Positions 26,970 through 36,938 of a stretch of DNA of 51,095 nucleotides are shown here, piece by piece. Source of the stretch: Gammaproteobacteria bacterium (GTDB lineage Bacteria; Pseudomonadota; Gammaproteobacteria; Burkholderiales; SG8-39). Each line of letters begins with the position of its first letter. Position 1 is the stretch's first letter. Position numbers and translations under genes: made by a program. Location of the stretch: assembly GCA_041490545.1 (NCBI GenBank), contig JBGPTG010000001.1, positions 1 to 51,095 on the forward strand, written 5' to 3'. Under the pieces are notes generated by a model. The model had not been told where the DNA came from and made no database searches. It saw nothing but the letters and a program-made list of their open reading frames with translations.

Positions 26970-28104
26970 GGCAGTGTTCTTCGTTTCGGCGGCGCTGCTC
27001 GTCTACCACTACGCGCTTTATCCGGCGCTGGTGATCGTGTGCGCACACTGGGTTCCCCGTCCATCGGTGCCGCGCCCGGTATCCTGGCCGCGGGTATCGT
27101 TCATCATTGCTGCCTACAACGAGGAGCGTGTGATTGCCGACAAGCTCCGCAACACGCTCGCGCTGGAATACCCGAAAGACCGCCTCGAAATCATTGTGGT
27201 GTCGGACGGGTCGAGCGATGCAACCGAGGCTATCGTACGTTTGTTCGCACTGCAAGGCGTGATCTCGCTGCATGAACCGCAGCGCCGCGGTAAGACGGCC
27301 GCGCTGAACCGCGCGGTGCAGCGCGCAAGCGGAGACATCGTGGTCTTCTCCGACGCCAATAACGATTTCGCTCCCGATGCGATCAGGAAACTGGTGTGTC
27401 ATTTCGGGGACCCACAGGTGGGCGGGGTATGCGGGGCGAAGCACATCATACCCGACGCAAAGCGGCAGTCTTCCGTGGGCGACGGCCTGTATTGGCGCTA
27501 CGAGTCGGCGGTGAAATTCGCCGAGAGCCGGCTCGGGACGATCACGAACGCGGACGGCGAGATATTCGCGGTGCGCCGCGATCTCTACCGGACGGTGCCG
27601 GAGCACATCATCAACGACGATGCGCAGATCACACTCGATCTGGTCAAGCAGGGTTACCGTGTCCGCTATGAGCCGGAGGCGGGGTCCTACGAGCTCGCCT
27701 CCATCCACATCCGTGACGACTTTCAGGTCAAAGTGCGCATGGTCGCCGGGGGCTTTCAGACGCTGGTCGAGAACGCCTTGACGCTGTTCCCGCTGCGGTC
27801 CTGGTTCGCGTGGGCATTTTTCTCACACAAGACCTTGCGCTGGCTGGCACCGCTGTTCCTGATCCTGGCGCTGGCCACGTCGGCAGCGCTGAGCCCCGAG
27901 CCTTTGTATCTCGCGGCGCTCGTGGCACAGATCGGCTTCTATAGCCTTGCACTGGCGGGCTATTGGCGCATCGGGCGAGGGCCGTTGCCTGTGGCGATCT
28001 ATGTCCCGTTCTATTTCACGACGATGAACCTGGCGGCACTGTGGGGGCTGATGCGCTTCTTGCGGCGGCGCCAGACGGTCCAGTGGCGTAAGGCGCAGCG
28101 ATGA
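26962..28104 (+). CDS. Membrane-bound GT2, synthase-like (GT-A domain flanked by TM helices)
   Basis: VSFIIAAYNEERVIADKL..IIVVSDGSSDAT..VVFSDANN, and C-terminal TM helices WFAWAFFSHKTLRWLAPLFLILAL... ATG at 26962 overlaps the upstream gene by 8 nt. The ORF-track start at 26899 is TTG. Confidence 0.8.
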   Translation: MLEAVFFVSAALLVYHYALYPALVIVCAHWVPRPSVPRPVSWPRVSFIIAAYNEERVIADKLRNTLALEYPKDRLEIIVVSDGSSDATEAIVRLFALQGVISLHEPQRRGKTAALNRAVQRASGDIVVFSDANNDFAPDAIRKLVCHFGDPQVGGVCGAKHIIPDAKRQSSVGDGLYWRYESAVKFAESRLGTITNADGEIFAVRRDLYRTVPEHIINDDAQITLDLVKQGYRVRYEPEAGSYELASIHIRDDFQVKVRMVAGGFQTLVENALTLFPLRSWFAWAFFSHKTLRWLAPLFLILALATSAALSPEPLYLAALVAQIGFYSLALAGYWRIGRGPLPVAIYVPFYFTTMNLAALWGLMRFLRRRQTVQWRKAQR

Positions 28105-28148
28105 TGGAAGCCTTGCCGGTTCAGCGCTGCATTTTGCCTGACTCCGCC

Positions 28149-28856
28149 TCAGCAGGCGCGCGAGAGCAGGTCCTTGACCGTAACCGGCGCCATGCCTCGC
28201 TGCTTGACGATGCCGATCAGTTCCGCCAGCGCTTCGACGGTGTGGCCGTAGTCCTCGTGAAACAGCATGATGCACCCCGCTTCGATGCGTTGTTGCCCGA
28301 CGTGATCCACCAGCGCCGGCGCGTGCCTGATGAAGGAATCGCGGCTGTCGAGCGACCAGAGGATGAAGCGAAACCGCAGGCGCAGCAGCGCGAGCATCGA
28401 CCCTGGCGTGACGTTGCCGTAGGGTGGGCGGAAGATCCGCGGCAACGCCTGGCCCAGGATGTCCTCGATCGTCGCCTGGGCGTGCAGCACGTCTGCGACG
28501 TAGTCAGCGCTTGCGACGGCGCGCGCGTCCAGGTGGGCATACCCGTGGTTGCCGACCTCGTGGCCGCGACGGACGATCTCGCGAACCATCCGCGGGTGCT
28601 GATCTGCGGAGTCCCCCTGCAGGAAGAATGTGGCGCGTGCCCCATGTGCATCGAGGGCATCCAGAATGCGAGGAGTGTTTTCCGGGTGAGGGCCGTCGTC
28701 GAAAGTCATTGCCACCCGTCGCGCACCGCCTGCCGGACCGCGCACTACCAGCGCCCATGGAGCGCACCACGACACCGCTTCCTTGATCACACCGCCCAGT
28801 CCCATGCCCGACCCTTCAGTCTCGGCTGCCATTCTGACCGGGTTTGGGCCTTGCAT
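28149..28856 (-). CDS. CE4 (NodB-type) polysaccharide deacetylase
   Basis: VAMTFDDGPH, HEVGNHGYAH and FRPPYGN correspond to CE4 motifs 1-3. No obvious signal peptide. Confidence 0.85.
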   Translation of the reverse strand: MQGPNPVRMAAETEGSGMGLGGVIKEAVSWCAPWALVVRGPAGGARRVAMTFDDGPHPENTPRILDALDAHGARATFFLQGDSADQHPRMVREIVRRGHEVGNHGYAHLDARAVASADYVADVLHAQATIEDILGQALPRIFRPPYGNVTPGSMLALLRLRFRFILWSLDSRDSFIRHAPALVDHVGQQRIEAGCIMLFHEDYGHTVEALAELIGIVKQRGMAPVTVKDLLSRAC

Positions 28857-28871
28857 CCAACTCCCCCACGG

Positions 28872-30308
28872 TCAGGGCGATGATCGGGACCTGATCGGCG
28901 AGGCCGAGCCGAGGAAACCCCAAACATAGTCCGTCATGCTAAGCGCTGAGGCGCACATTCCGCGGACAACGCCGTCCTCGCAAAAATCGGCCTTCAAACG
29001 GTCCTGATTTGGCCAGGGCCACAGATCCTCGCCGGTCGAGGTATTGAACCCGATGGCACCGAACAGCGTTCCGCTCGCGCCGATGCGTGTGGTGATGTTC
29101 GCGCCTTTCCCCGCCATCGCCAGCGCCGAGCCTGCCTCGATGCGCGGAAGAAAGCTCAGTCCATTGGTCAAGGGGTTCATCGAGGTGTCGCCGGTCCCAG
29201 AGCAGTTGCCGCCCCGGTTGGAGAAGCAGTTGTTGCCGCTCTCCGTCAGCGTGCCCTGTTCCCGGGTGAACGCTTTGTTCGCACTCTGGTGAACGATCGA
29301 GTGTTGCACGTCGAGGGCGGATTGGGCGCCGCCAAACACATTGATGGCAGTATCAACGGCGACCGCACCAACCGTCAGTCGCGCCGCGGTGACCGCATGC
29401 GAGCCGCCGTTCAGCGTGAGTGCCGATCTGGCGACCTTCCAAATCACGGTGTCGAAGATTTGTGCGTCCGTGATGCTGCCGTTACCCTCGTAGCTGACCC
29501 CGATATCGGAAACATTCAGCACGATGCTGCCGTGCACGCGCGCACCCTTGTTCGGCAAAGTGTTCGCGAGGTTATTCTGAACGTGAGCGATGCCTCCCAA
29601 CCAGGCCGGATACGACAGGGTGCTGTCGATCACCATACCGTTCTGCAGTTCCACGTCGGCGGAGTTGTAGATCGTGATGCCCGCCGTCGGATCAGAACCG
29701 TTGAAGAGCCATCCGCCATCATGGCGCACCACGACCCGCCGGAGCACGACGTTCCGGGAGTTGAATACCAGCAGCTTATAGCGTCCGCCGGGCCCGTATA
29801 CCCAGCTGTCCTCGATCAGGACGTCGTGCGCGCCCGGTGTCTGGTCGTTCGTGCCGACGGCCACCGACATGCTGTTGCCGGTCGGGGGTCCGTTCTTGAA
29901 GGCGCAGCGCAGAAACTTCAGATGATGGCCGACGATATTCTTCTGGTCGGCGCTGGTCCACTTTATCCCTTCGAATTGCAGGTAGGCCGAGTCCAGCGGC
30001 AAATCCAGACTCCCCGTCACAATCACGCCGCCGTCGGCCGCTGCGCGAATCACGTTATACGCGTCGGAGGCGCTGTGTACACCGGCCTTGCCGTTACGCA
30101 GGGTCGTGGAACGGGTAATGCTATTCTGCGGGCCCGAGTAGGTTCCCGTGGCGAGAACGAGCGTGTCGCCGCCCTTTGCCGACATCAGCAGAATGCCGCT
30201 GGTGAGAAATTTCTTCGGGCTCGCCTGGCTGCCGTTGCCGCTGCTCCGTGCAGACGCATCCACGTAATAAGTCGCGCCGAACGCACACGGCGCCAATGCC
30301 CCGAACAA
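28872..30308 (-). CDS. Secreted right-handed parallel beta-helix protein (pectate-lyase-fold), paralog of 30430..32169
   Basis: ATYYVDASARSSGNGS..HLKFLRCAFKNGP..VGTNDQTPGAHDVLIEDSWVYGPGGRYKLLVFNSRNVVLRRVVVRHDGGW. The start is uncertain: 30308 is TTG, and the in-frame upstream sequence RTAVRSILAGI completes a signal peptide but has no ATG, GTG or TTG. Confidence 0.75.
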   Translation of the reverse strand: MFGALAPCAFGATYYVDASARSSGNGSQASPKKFLTSGILLMSAKGGDTLVLATGTYSGPQNSITRSTTLRNGKAGVHSASDAYNVIRAAADGGVIVTGSLDLPLDSAYLQFEGIKWTSADQKNIVGHHLKFLRCAFKNGPPTGNSMSVAVGTNDQTPGAHDVLIEDSWVYGPGGRYKLLVFNSRNVVLRRVVVRHDGGWLFNGSDPTAGITIYNSADVELQNGMVIDSTLSYPAWLGGIAHVQNNLANTLPNKGARVHGSIVLNVSDIGVSYEGNGSITDAQIFDTVIWKVARSALTLNGGSHAVTAARLTVGAVAVDTAINVFGGAQSALDVQHSIVHQSANKAFTREQGTLTESGNNCFSNRGGNCSGTGDTSMNPLTNGLSFLPRIEAGSALAMAGKGANITTRIGASGTLFGAIGFNTSTGEDLWPWPNQDRLKADFCEDGVVRGMCASALSMTDYVWGFLGSASPIRSRSSP

Positions 30309-30429
30309 TATTCCTGCCAGGATCGACCGTACTGCTGTTCTCCAGGGCGCGGTAACGCTGTGCAGGTCAGCAGTCCGAGACTCGTCGCCAAAGCATTCTG
30401 AAGTCCCAGCTACCGTGGGTTTTGATCGC

Positions 30430-32169
30430 TTACGGGTACGGATTGCCGTTCCCCATATAGTTCATGATGTAGTTCGTGAGGGAGGTGTCGAGGCAGAAGC
30501 CGCGCGTAACGCCCGCGTCGGTGCACAGCTCCTTCATGATTCGCGCCTGGTTTGGAAACGGCCAAACCAGCACTCCCGTGTCCACGTTCCAGCCCGACTC
30601 GCCTTGCAAGGTTTCCGGTGTTCCGATGCGATTCACAATGTCCGCTCCGATGCCTCCGAGCTGTTGAGGCAGGAAAGTCGGCAATCCGGTAACGGTGTTG
30701 GTCACTGTGACACCGCTCGCGCCCATGCCGAAGAACCGGACGTTCGTGAAGGTTTTGGTCCCCGCTGACGTGCCGCCTATTCCAGTGCCGCTTCCCGATG
30801 TTTTCCCGATGGTAAGACGGCTCGCAGCCACGCCGACCGACGAGGCAAAGGCCACATTCATACCCCAATTGGCATCCCACAGGACCGCGTCTTGGACGAC
30901 ATGGCTGCTCTGGGGCGCGTCTCCATCGAAGCGAAGACCCGCTCCGTCGGAGCCGGACAAGTTGTTGAGCGAGATAATCCCCAGCCAACTGTTGTCAGTG
31001 TTTGCGTTCGGGGAAGCACTGTTATGGACACTGTAGAAAGCCGACTGCCACTGCGAGTAGGGAAGGTTCGAATCGAGGATGATGACGTTCTGCGCGGAAC
31101 AGTTGGTCGAGTTATAGAAGTTCAAGCCGGCCTCGGGGTCGCCGGGGTCGTTAATATCGGTCCAGCCCCCATCATGGCGAATCACGCCGCGCCGAACCAC
31201 GACCCGGTCGGCGTTATAGATCAGCACGTTGTAGCGTCCGCCCGGTCCGTGCCACCAGTTGTCCTCGAACAGAATATCCGCGGTGTCATTGAAATCGTTT
31301 GTGCCGACCGTGGTATTGGTGCAGTTACCGGAGGCGCAGCCACCCTTGAATTCGTTCCCGAAGAACTTCAGGTGATTACCCAGGATATTGCGCCCTCCCG
31401 AATCCTGGAAACGAAGGCCCCGGAATATCAGGTAGGCGTCTGTATGGAGCATATCCAGCCCGGCGGTTATGATCACCTTGCCTTCGTTTTCCGCCTTGAT
31501 GGTGATGTAGTTGCCGGCTGAACCGTTTGGAAGCTTCGTGAGTGCATTGGCCGATCCCGCGTAGGTTCCATCGCGAATGATCAGAGTCCCGGCCGGGGCG
31601 AGACAGACTAACCCCGCCTGAATGGTGAGCTTCGGCGTGTTTATGCTTTGAGCGGTTAAGCAAGAAACCGAATCACTGCCGTTGTTGGTGGCAACGTAGT
31701 AAGTATTGGCCACCGGCGGTGGTGCGCTTGCCGTGGTGACGCTCGCGCTTGCCGGGGTCGAGGTATTGCCCGCCGCGTCGCGAGCTGCAACTGTGTAGCT
31801 GTAAGTCGTAGCGGGAGACAAGCCTGAATCGATAAAATTCGTCGTGGCGGGCGTCGCTATTGGAGTTCCATTGCGGCTGACGATATAGCCGGTCACCCCG
31901 ACGTTGTCGGTTGACGCACTCCATGAGAGGTTGGCGCCGGTCGAACCAGCCGCCGTAGCGTTGAAGCCGGTGGGCTGGGAGGGCCGGGTCGTGTCACCTC
32001 CGCCGCCGCCACCCCCACTCCCACTCCCTGCGACGGCGGCAGGCACATGTACCTCGCTACTGCCACAGGCGATCAACGAGCCGGCAATGACCACCAGCAG
32101 CAGGGCAAGCGCATGGTACCGTGCTGAACTCTTGCGATCCGCCTCGTGTGCGATGTGTGCGCCTGGCAT
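30430..32169 (-). CDS. Lipoprotein: FN3 domain plus parallel beta-helix domain
   Basis: MPGAHIAHEADRKSSARYHALALLLVVIAGSLIAC (lipobox), then a Gly-rich linker. FN3 domain: PTGFNATAAGSTGANLSWSASTDNVGVTGYIVSRNG..YSYTVAARDAAGNTS. Then TYYVATNNGSD..HLKFFGNEFKGG..VGTNDFNDTADILFEDNWWHGPGGRYNVLIYNADRVVVRRGVIRHDGGW. ATG at 32169 is preferred over 32229. Confidence 0.8.
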   Translation of the reverse strand: MPGAHIAHEADRKSSARYHALALLLVVIAGSLIACGSSEVHVPAAVAGSGSGGGGGGGDTTRPSQPTGFNATAAGSTGANLSWSASTDNVGVTGYIVSRNGTPIATPATTNFIDSGLSPATTYSYTVAARDAAGNTSTPASASVTTASAPPPVANTYYVATNNGSDSVSCLTAQSINTPKLTIQAGLVCLAPAGTLIIRDGTYAGSANALTKLPNGSAGNYITIKAENEGKVIITAGLDMLHTDAYLIFRGLRFQDSGGRNILGNHLKFFGNEFKGGCASGNCTNTTVGTNDFNDTADILFEDNWWHGPGGRYNVLIYNADRVVVRRGVIRHDGGWTDINDPGDPEAGLNFYNSTNCSAQNVIILDSNLPYSQWQSAFYSVHNSASPNANTDNSWLGIISLNNLSGSDGAGLRFDGDAPQSSHVVQDAVLWDANWGMNVAFASSVGVAASRLTIGKTSGSGTGIGGTSAGTKTFTNVRFFGMGASGVTVTNTVTGLPTFLPQQLGGIGADIVNRIGTPETLQGESGWNVDTGVLVWPFPNQARIMKELCTDAGVTRGFCLDTSLTNYIMNYMGNGNPYP

Positions 32170-32576
32170 GTCGTTCGTCTCTGTGCGTCGATATCCCTGG
32201 GCTCTCCCTTCGCGGGGACGTCTGCTCACGCCGGATTCGCGCTCATATTATTCGCGCTTGGCTTGTTGTATAGAGGGTCAGCGTCCAAGGGGTACTGCTC
32301 GAAGATACTAACATTCCATCGATCTTGTTAGCCGGCAGGATTTCACGTTCAAGGTGGGAAATATCGGCCCGAAGCACTAACAAGAGCAGGGCGGAGAGAG
32401 GCCGCGCGGCGCGCGGTAATTCCCGGAAAACCAAGGAAAACATCCGCATGCCCCGACCCATTGCGGATTATTCGCAGCCCGCCCTGTCGTTCTTCGGCGA
32501 CACGGCGTGCCGCACAGCCTCGGGATGGGATAGTGGCCGACATTCATTCAGAGCGTGCGAGGCCGACAGACACACG

Positions 32577-33779
32577 TCAGGCTTTCTTCCCGGCAGCCGC
32601 CTGATACGCCTTGCGATACCTCATCGCCGCACCGCGCCACGAATAGGCGCTCGTCGACGCCGCGATCCGCGCCTCGTTCCAGCCCCGATCGAGCGCTTTG
32701 TCAAGCGCCGTGGCGAGTTGTTCGGCATCCTGCGCATCCACAAGAATTCCCGTGCCGGCGCTCACGAGGTCCGGGATCGCGCCCACGCGCGAGGCAACGA
32801 CGGGACGGCCGGAGGACAGGGATTCCAGCACGACGTTTGGGCACCCTTCGCGCAGGCTCGGCAGGCAGAGGACATTGCAGGCACCGAGCCATACCGCGAT
32901 GCGGTGGTGGTCCTCGCGGCCCACGAAGCGGATGCTTTCCTTCACGCCGAGCTCCGCGATCCTAGCCTGAAGGGTCGCCATCAGGGGCCCTTCGCCTACC
33001 AGGCAAAGCCGGAACTCGCGCCCTTTGCGGCAGAGCCGGCCCGCCGCCTCGATCAGGGTCGGCAGACCTTTCTCCTCGCTGAGCCTTCCCACGTAGACGA
33101 TGAGGCTTCCATCGGCCGGCAAACCGAGTTCCTGCCGTGACTTCAACCTGTCGCGCACGAAGAACAGGTCCGCGTCGACACCGTTGGGCGTGGTCGAGAT
33201 GCGATCGGGCGGTATTCCCTCGGCTACCATGCGCTCGCGCAAGGCTTCCGAAACGGCAGTGATTGCCGGCGCGCGGCTCAGCATGGCGAGGATCTGCCCG
33301 CGCTTTACGCGCTCTCCCAGGAACAGATTCACATCGCAGCCGAGCGCCGTCGGCACCAGCGGAATACCAAGAAGCTTTCCGATCCAGCCGGCAGCGACCG
33401 CGTCCGGATACAGCCACATCGGGTTGATCACATCGAAGCGCTTGCGCCGGTGCAGCCGCCACACTGTCGCGAACGTGCCCAGGAACATCAGCACACCGAG
33501 CAGCGGCTCGGACACTTTCGGCAGCATGGGGTATTTCGGCGAATGCACCTGCATGCCGCGAAATTCGTACTTGCCCGGCACCCGCGCGAAGCCGTACCAC
33601 TGCTTGAAGCGCCGGAGGAACCGCCAGCGCGGAAACCAGGGCAAGGGGCAGACCACGGTCACGTCGCACAGCTCACGGATCTCCTGCGCCAGTTGCCAGG
33701 TGAAGATTCCGCGCGTCGGGTCCTCCGGGATCGGAAAGAGATTGGTGAAGACCAGCACCCGCAGTCGCGACGTTTCCAT
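32577..33779 (-). CDS. Glycosyltransferase family 4
   Basis: LRVLVFTNLFP..PSLREGCPNVVLESLSSGRPVVASRVGAIPDLV (the GT-B E-x7-E region). ATG at 33779 lies 14 nt after the asnB-type stop, preceded by GAGAGG. Confidence 0.85.
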   Translation of the reverse strand: METSRLRVLVFTNLFPIPEDPTRGIFTWQLAQEIRELCDVTVVCPLPWFPRWRFLRRFKQWYGFARVPGKYEFRGMQVHSPKYPMLPKVSEPLLGVLMFLGTFATVWRLHRRKRFDVINPMWLYPDAVAAGWIGKLLGIPLVPTALGCDVNLFLGERVKRGQILAMLSRAPAITAVSEALRERMVAEGIPPDRISTTPNGVDADLFFVRDRLKSRQELGLPADGSLIVYVGRLSEEKGLPTLIEAAGRLCRKGREFRLCLVGEGPLMATLQARIAELGVKESIRFVGREDHHRIAVWLGACNVLCLPSLREGCPNVVLESLSSGRPVVASRVGAIPDLVSAGTGILVDAQDAEQLATALDKALDRGWNEARIAASTSAYSWRGAAMRYRKAYQAAAGKKA

Positions 33780-33793
33780 GGCCCTGCCTCTCG

Positions 33794-35656
33794 TCAGTCG
33801 ATGTACTTGCGGTGCCACAACTCGAGGGCGAGCAGCGAAAAGATCCGCCGGCTCAGGTCCTCGGCCCCCGCCCGGTGGCGTTCGAGCACCCGCCGGATGT
33901 ACTCAGGGCGAAAATAGCCGCGTGACAGCGTGCGCTGGTCGAGCAGAATCTCCCGAACCCGCTCGTACAGCGGTCCGCGGAACCAGACCGCGATCGGCAC
34001 CGGAAAGCCCTTTTTCTTCCGGTAGATGATTTCGCGCGGCAAATGGCGCTCCATGACCTTCTTCAGCAGATATTTGCCCTGCGCGCCGTTGAGCCGCAAG
34101 TGGTCGGGCAGGGCGGTGGCGAATTCAAGTAAATGGTGATCGAGCATCGGCACGCGCAGCTCGAGCGAGCAGGCCATGGTCATCTTGTCAGCCTTGAGCA
34201 GAAGATCATCCGGCAGCCAGGTTTTCAGGTCAACGTAGGTCATGCGGCGCAGGTCCGAGCCCTCCTCAAGCGCGCCGAACAGTTTCTCGAAATAGTCGCC
34301 AACCATGCCGCCGACGTGCCCCTGGAACTCCGCGCAGTACATCCGCTTCTTGAGAGACGCCGTGACGTCGTTCGAAATTCCCCAGTACCGCCTGCGCAAC
34401 GGCGTGCCGATCCAGTCCCAGTATTTCAGCGCCTTCTCCGACCCGATCGCGCGCTTCCCGACCCAGTCTCGCAGCGTGCGCGGCAGCAGGCGGGTCAGCG
34501 CGTGCAGACGATCGACCTTGGGCATGATCTGGTAGAGCGGATAGCCCGCCAGGATCTCGTCGCCGCCTTCGCCGGAGAGGATCACGGTCACGTGCTCGCG
34601 CGCCAGTTTCGAGAGCTGATAGAGCGCGACCGCAGCACTCTCGACGATCGGCTCCTCCGAGTGCTCCAGCAGCAGCTCCAGCGAATCAAAGAAATCCCCC
34701 GATTCGAGAATGAACTCGCGGTGCTCCGTGCCGAATGCCTTCGCGACCACCCGGGCATATTCGAGCTCGCTCGATTCCGGATCGTCGCGGTAACCCACCG
34801 AGAAGGTCTTGACCGGGTCGCTCACCATCCGGCTCATGAAGGCTACGACGCTGCTTGAATCGAGACCGCCGCTCAGAAACGCCCCCAGCGGCACGTCGCT
34901 CATCAGCCGCAAACGCACGCTCTCCAACAGGAGGTGCTCCAGTCGCTCTTTGGCTTCATCGAAGGAAATGTCGAGCGTGGGGATGCCCGTGATGTCCCAG
35001 TAGCGGCGCACCGCGTGCCGACCGCGCTCGTGCACCAGGGTATGGCCCGGGAGCAGGCGCTGGATCCCTTTGAAAAGCGTGCGTTCGCCCGGCACGTAGC
35101 CAAGCGACACATAGAAATCGATCAGCCCCGCTTCGACTGAAGGCTTGCCTTGCAGCGCGTGGAGAATCGGCTTGACCTCGGACGCGAAGAGCAAGCGCTC
35201 GCCATCGAGGTGGTAATAAAGCGGTTTGATGCCGAGCCGGTCGCGCGCCAGCAGCAGGCGATCGCGGGCGAGGTCGTACACCGCGAAGGCGAACATGCCG
35301 CGAAAGTGCGTCGGGCATGCATCGCCGTACTCTTCATAGGCGTGGACGATCACCTCCGTGTCGGAATGCGTCCGGAATCGATGCCCCTTCGCCTCCAGAT
35401 CGGTCTTGAGCTGCTGGAAATTGAAAATCTCGCCGTTGAAAACAACAACGACCGATTCGTCCTCGTTGAACAACGGTTGCTTCCCACCATCGAGATCGAT
35501 GATTTTGAGCCGGCGATGGCCGAGCGCGACATGGCCGTGAATGAAATAGCCCTCGGCGTCCGGGCCGCGATGCGTCATCGCCCGGGTCATGCCTTCGATC
35601 AGGGCTCGATCTGCCGCGGCTGGCGCCGCCGAAACGATTCCGGCTATTCCACACAT
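33794..35656 (-). CDS. asnB: Asparagine synthase (glutamine-hydrolysing) homolog, of the type described as exosortase-A-associated amidotransferase 1
   Basis: MCGIAGI (N-terminal Cys nucleophile), FLSGGLDSSSVVA (PP-loop), 620 aa. Confidence 0.9.
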   Translation of the reverse strand: MCGIAGIVSAAPAAADRALIEGMTRAMTHRGPDAEGYFIHGHVALGHRRLKIIDLDGGKQPLFNEDESVVVVFNGEIFNFQQLKTDLEAKGHRFRTHSDTEVIVHAYEEYGDACPTHFRGMFAFAVYDLARDRLLLARDRLGIKPLYYHLDGERLLFASEVKPILHALQGKPSVEAGLIDFYVSLGYVPGERTLFKGIQRLLPGHTLVHERGRHAVRRYWDITGIPTLDISFDEAKERLEHLLLESVRLRLMSDVPLGAFLSGGLDSSSVVAFMSRMVSDPVKTFSVGYRDDPESSELEYARVVAKAFGTEHREFILESGDFFDSLELLLEHSEEPIVESAAVALYQLSKLAREHVTVILSGEGGDEILAGYPLYQIMPKVDRLHALTRLLPRTLRDWVGKRAIGSEKALKYWDWIGTPLRRRYWGISNDVTASLKKRMYCAEFQGHVGGMVGDYFEKLFGALEEGSDLRRMTYVDLKTWLPDDLLLKADKMTMACSLELRVPMLDHHLLEFATALPDHLRLNGAQGKYLLKKVMERHLPREIIYRKKKGFPVPIAVWFRGPLYERVREILLDQRTLSRGYFRPEYIRRVLERHRAGAEDLSRRIFSLLALELWHRKYID

Positions 35657-35722
35657 ATCGGGATGGGTCGGGAAATAGAAATCTGCTGGGGAAGGAATCT
35701 TATCCTGAAGCTCCGGGTCGGC

Positions 35723-36928
35723 CTAAGGCCCCCGCAAGGTAGTGTCCGTTTGCGCCGCCGAAAGAATCTGCCTCGCATTGTGCTCCCAGGTGTGCTCGCG
35801 CTCCAGCTTCTCGAAAGCGCGTTCGGATATCTCCCGGCGCAGCGCTGGAGACGAGAGTAACGCGCCGATTTTGGCAGCAAACTCCGCGAGATCGAGCGGC
35901 TTGAACAGCAGCGCCGTCTGCCCGTCAGCGTGAATATCCTCGATGGGCGCAAGCCGGGGTGCAACTACCGGCACGCGCAGGCCCATGAACTCGAACATCA
36001 CCACGGGCGATCCGAACTCGTTCGAGTGCGGCAGCACCGCCACATCGGCAAGGGAGAGGTAGCGCAGCACTTCCCGCCGCGGCACTGCCCCGGTGAACAC
36101 CACGTGCTCCTTGAGCTGGAGGTCCTCGACACGCTTGCGCGCATCGGCGAGCACCGGTCCGTCACCGACCACCAGCAAACGAATATCGGGAAACGGCTCC
36201 ACCAGGCGGGCGAGTGCCTCGATGAGAAAATCGAGCCGATCCCATTGGTCGAACCAGCCGGCCACCACGATGACCTGCCGGCCCTGCAATCCGAGTTGTG
36301 CGCCGAGCGTGGCGTCGCGCTGCACGGCGGAGAACTTCTCGATATCCACGGCATTCGGCACCACCCGCACGCGGGCGGGCGGCACCCCGCGGGTCAGCAC
36401 CAGATCGCGCAGATGGGTCGAAACTGTGAGAATCCCCCGACAGCGGCGAAACAGCGCGCGTTCGAAAAGCCCGCAGAGGCGGCGGAACGTCTGGCGCCGC
36501 GCGCGGTCGCGGATGCCGCTTACTTCATTCGCCTCGAGCACAAAGGGAACCTTGTACTTCGCGGCCTTCAGGGCTCCGGCGATCATGAAGAAGGCGTAGC
36601 GCTCGTAGACGATGTCGTAGTGCTGTGCGGCCAGCGCATTTTCCAGCCGGCGCGCGGCCGGAATGTTGTAAAGGATTTCGCCGATCTCGAAAAGGGCGTT
36701 CGGCAGGTGACGGCTGACCCACTTCCACAGGGTTTGCACGCCGCGTGTCGATACGTCCGACTTGTCCACGGGCGCGTTGCCGGCGGCGCCGAGAGGATCG
36801 ATACCCGGCGGGGAGATCGTCGTCACGCGATGCCCCAGTTTCTCCAGCGCGCGCACGATGCTGGTGATGTGCACGCCCTCTGCGCCGCGCCCCTGCGTGC
36901 GGTGGTGATACAGAATATTGAGTTTCAT
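35723..36928 (-). CDS. Glycosyltransferase family 4
   Basis: MKLNILYHHRTQGRGAEGVHITSIVRAL..PHSNEFGSPVVMFEFMGLRVPVVAPRL. ATG at 36928 lies 10 nt after the upstream stop. Confidence 0.85.
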   Translation of the reverse strand: MKLNILYHHRTQGRGAEGVHITSIVRALEKLGHRVTTISPPGIDPLGAAGNAPVDKSDVSTRGVQTLWKWVSRHLPNALFEIGEILYNIPAARRLENALAAQHYDIVYERYAFFMIAGALKAAKYKVPFVLEANEVSGIRDRARRQTFRRLCGLFERALFRRCRGILTVSTHLRDLVLTRGVPPARVRVVPNAVDIEKFSAVQRDATLGAQLGLQGRQVIVVAGWFDQWDRLDFLIEALARLVEPFPDIRLLVVGDGPVLADARKRVEDLQLKEHVVFTGAVPRREVLRYLSLADVAVLPHSNEFGSPVVMFEFMGLRVPVVAPRLAPIEDIHADGQTALLFKPLDLAEFAAKIGALLSSPALRREISERAFEKLEREHTWEHNARQILSAAQTDTTLRGP

Positions 36929-36938
36929 TGGAATTACT

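Noticed and set aside
28101-30401. Plus-strand ORFs 28101..28883 (260 aa) and 29289..30401 (370 aa)
   Set aside because: They lie antisense to the CE4 deacetylase and beta-helix genes, which have clear family motifs. Their composition is Arg/His/Asp-rich shadow sequence.
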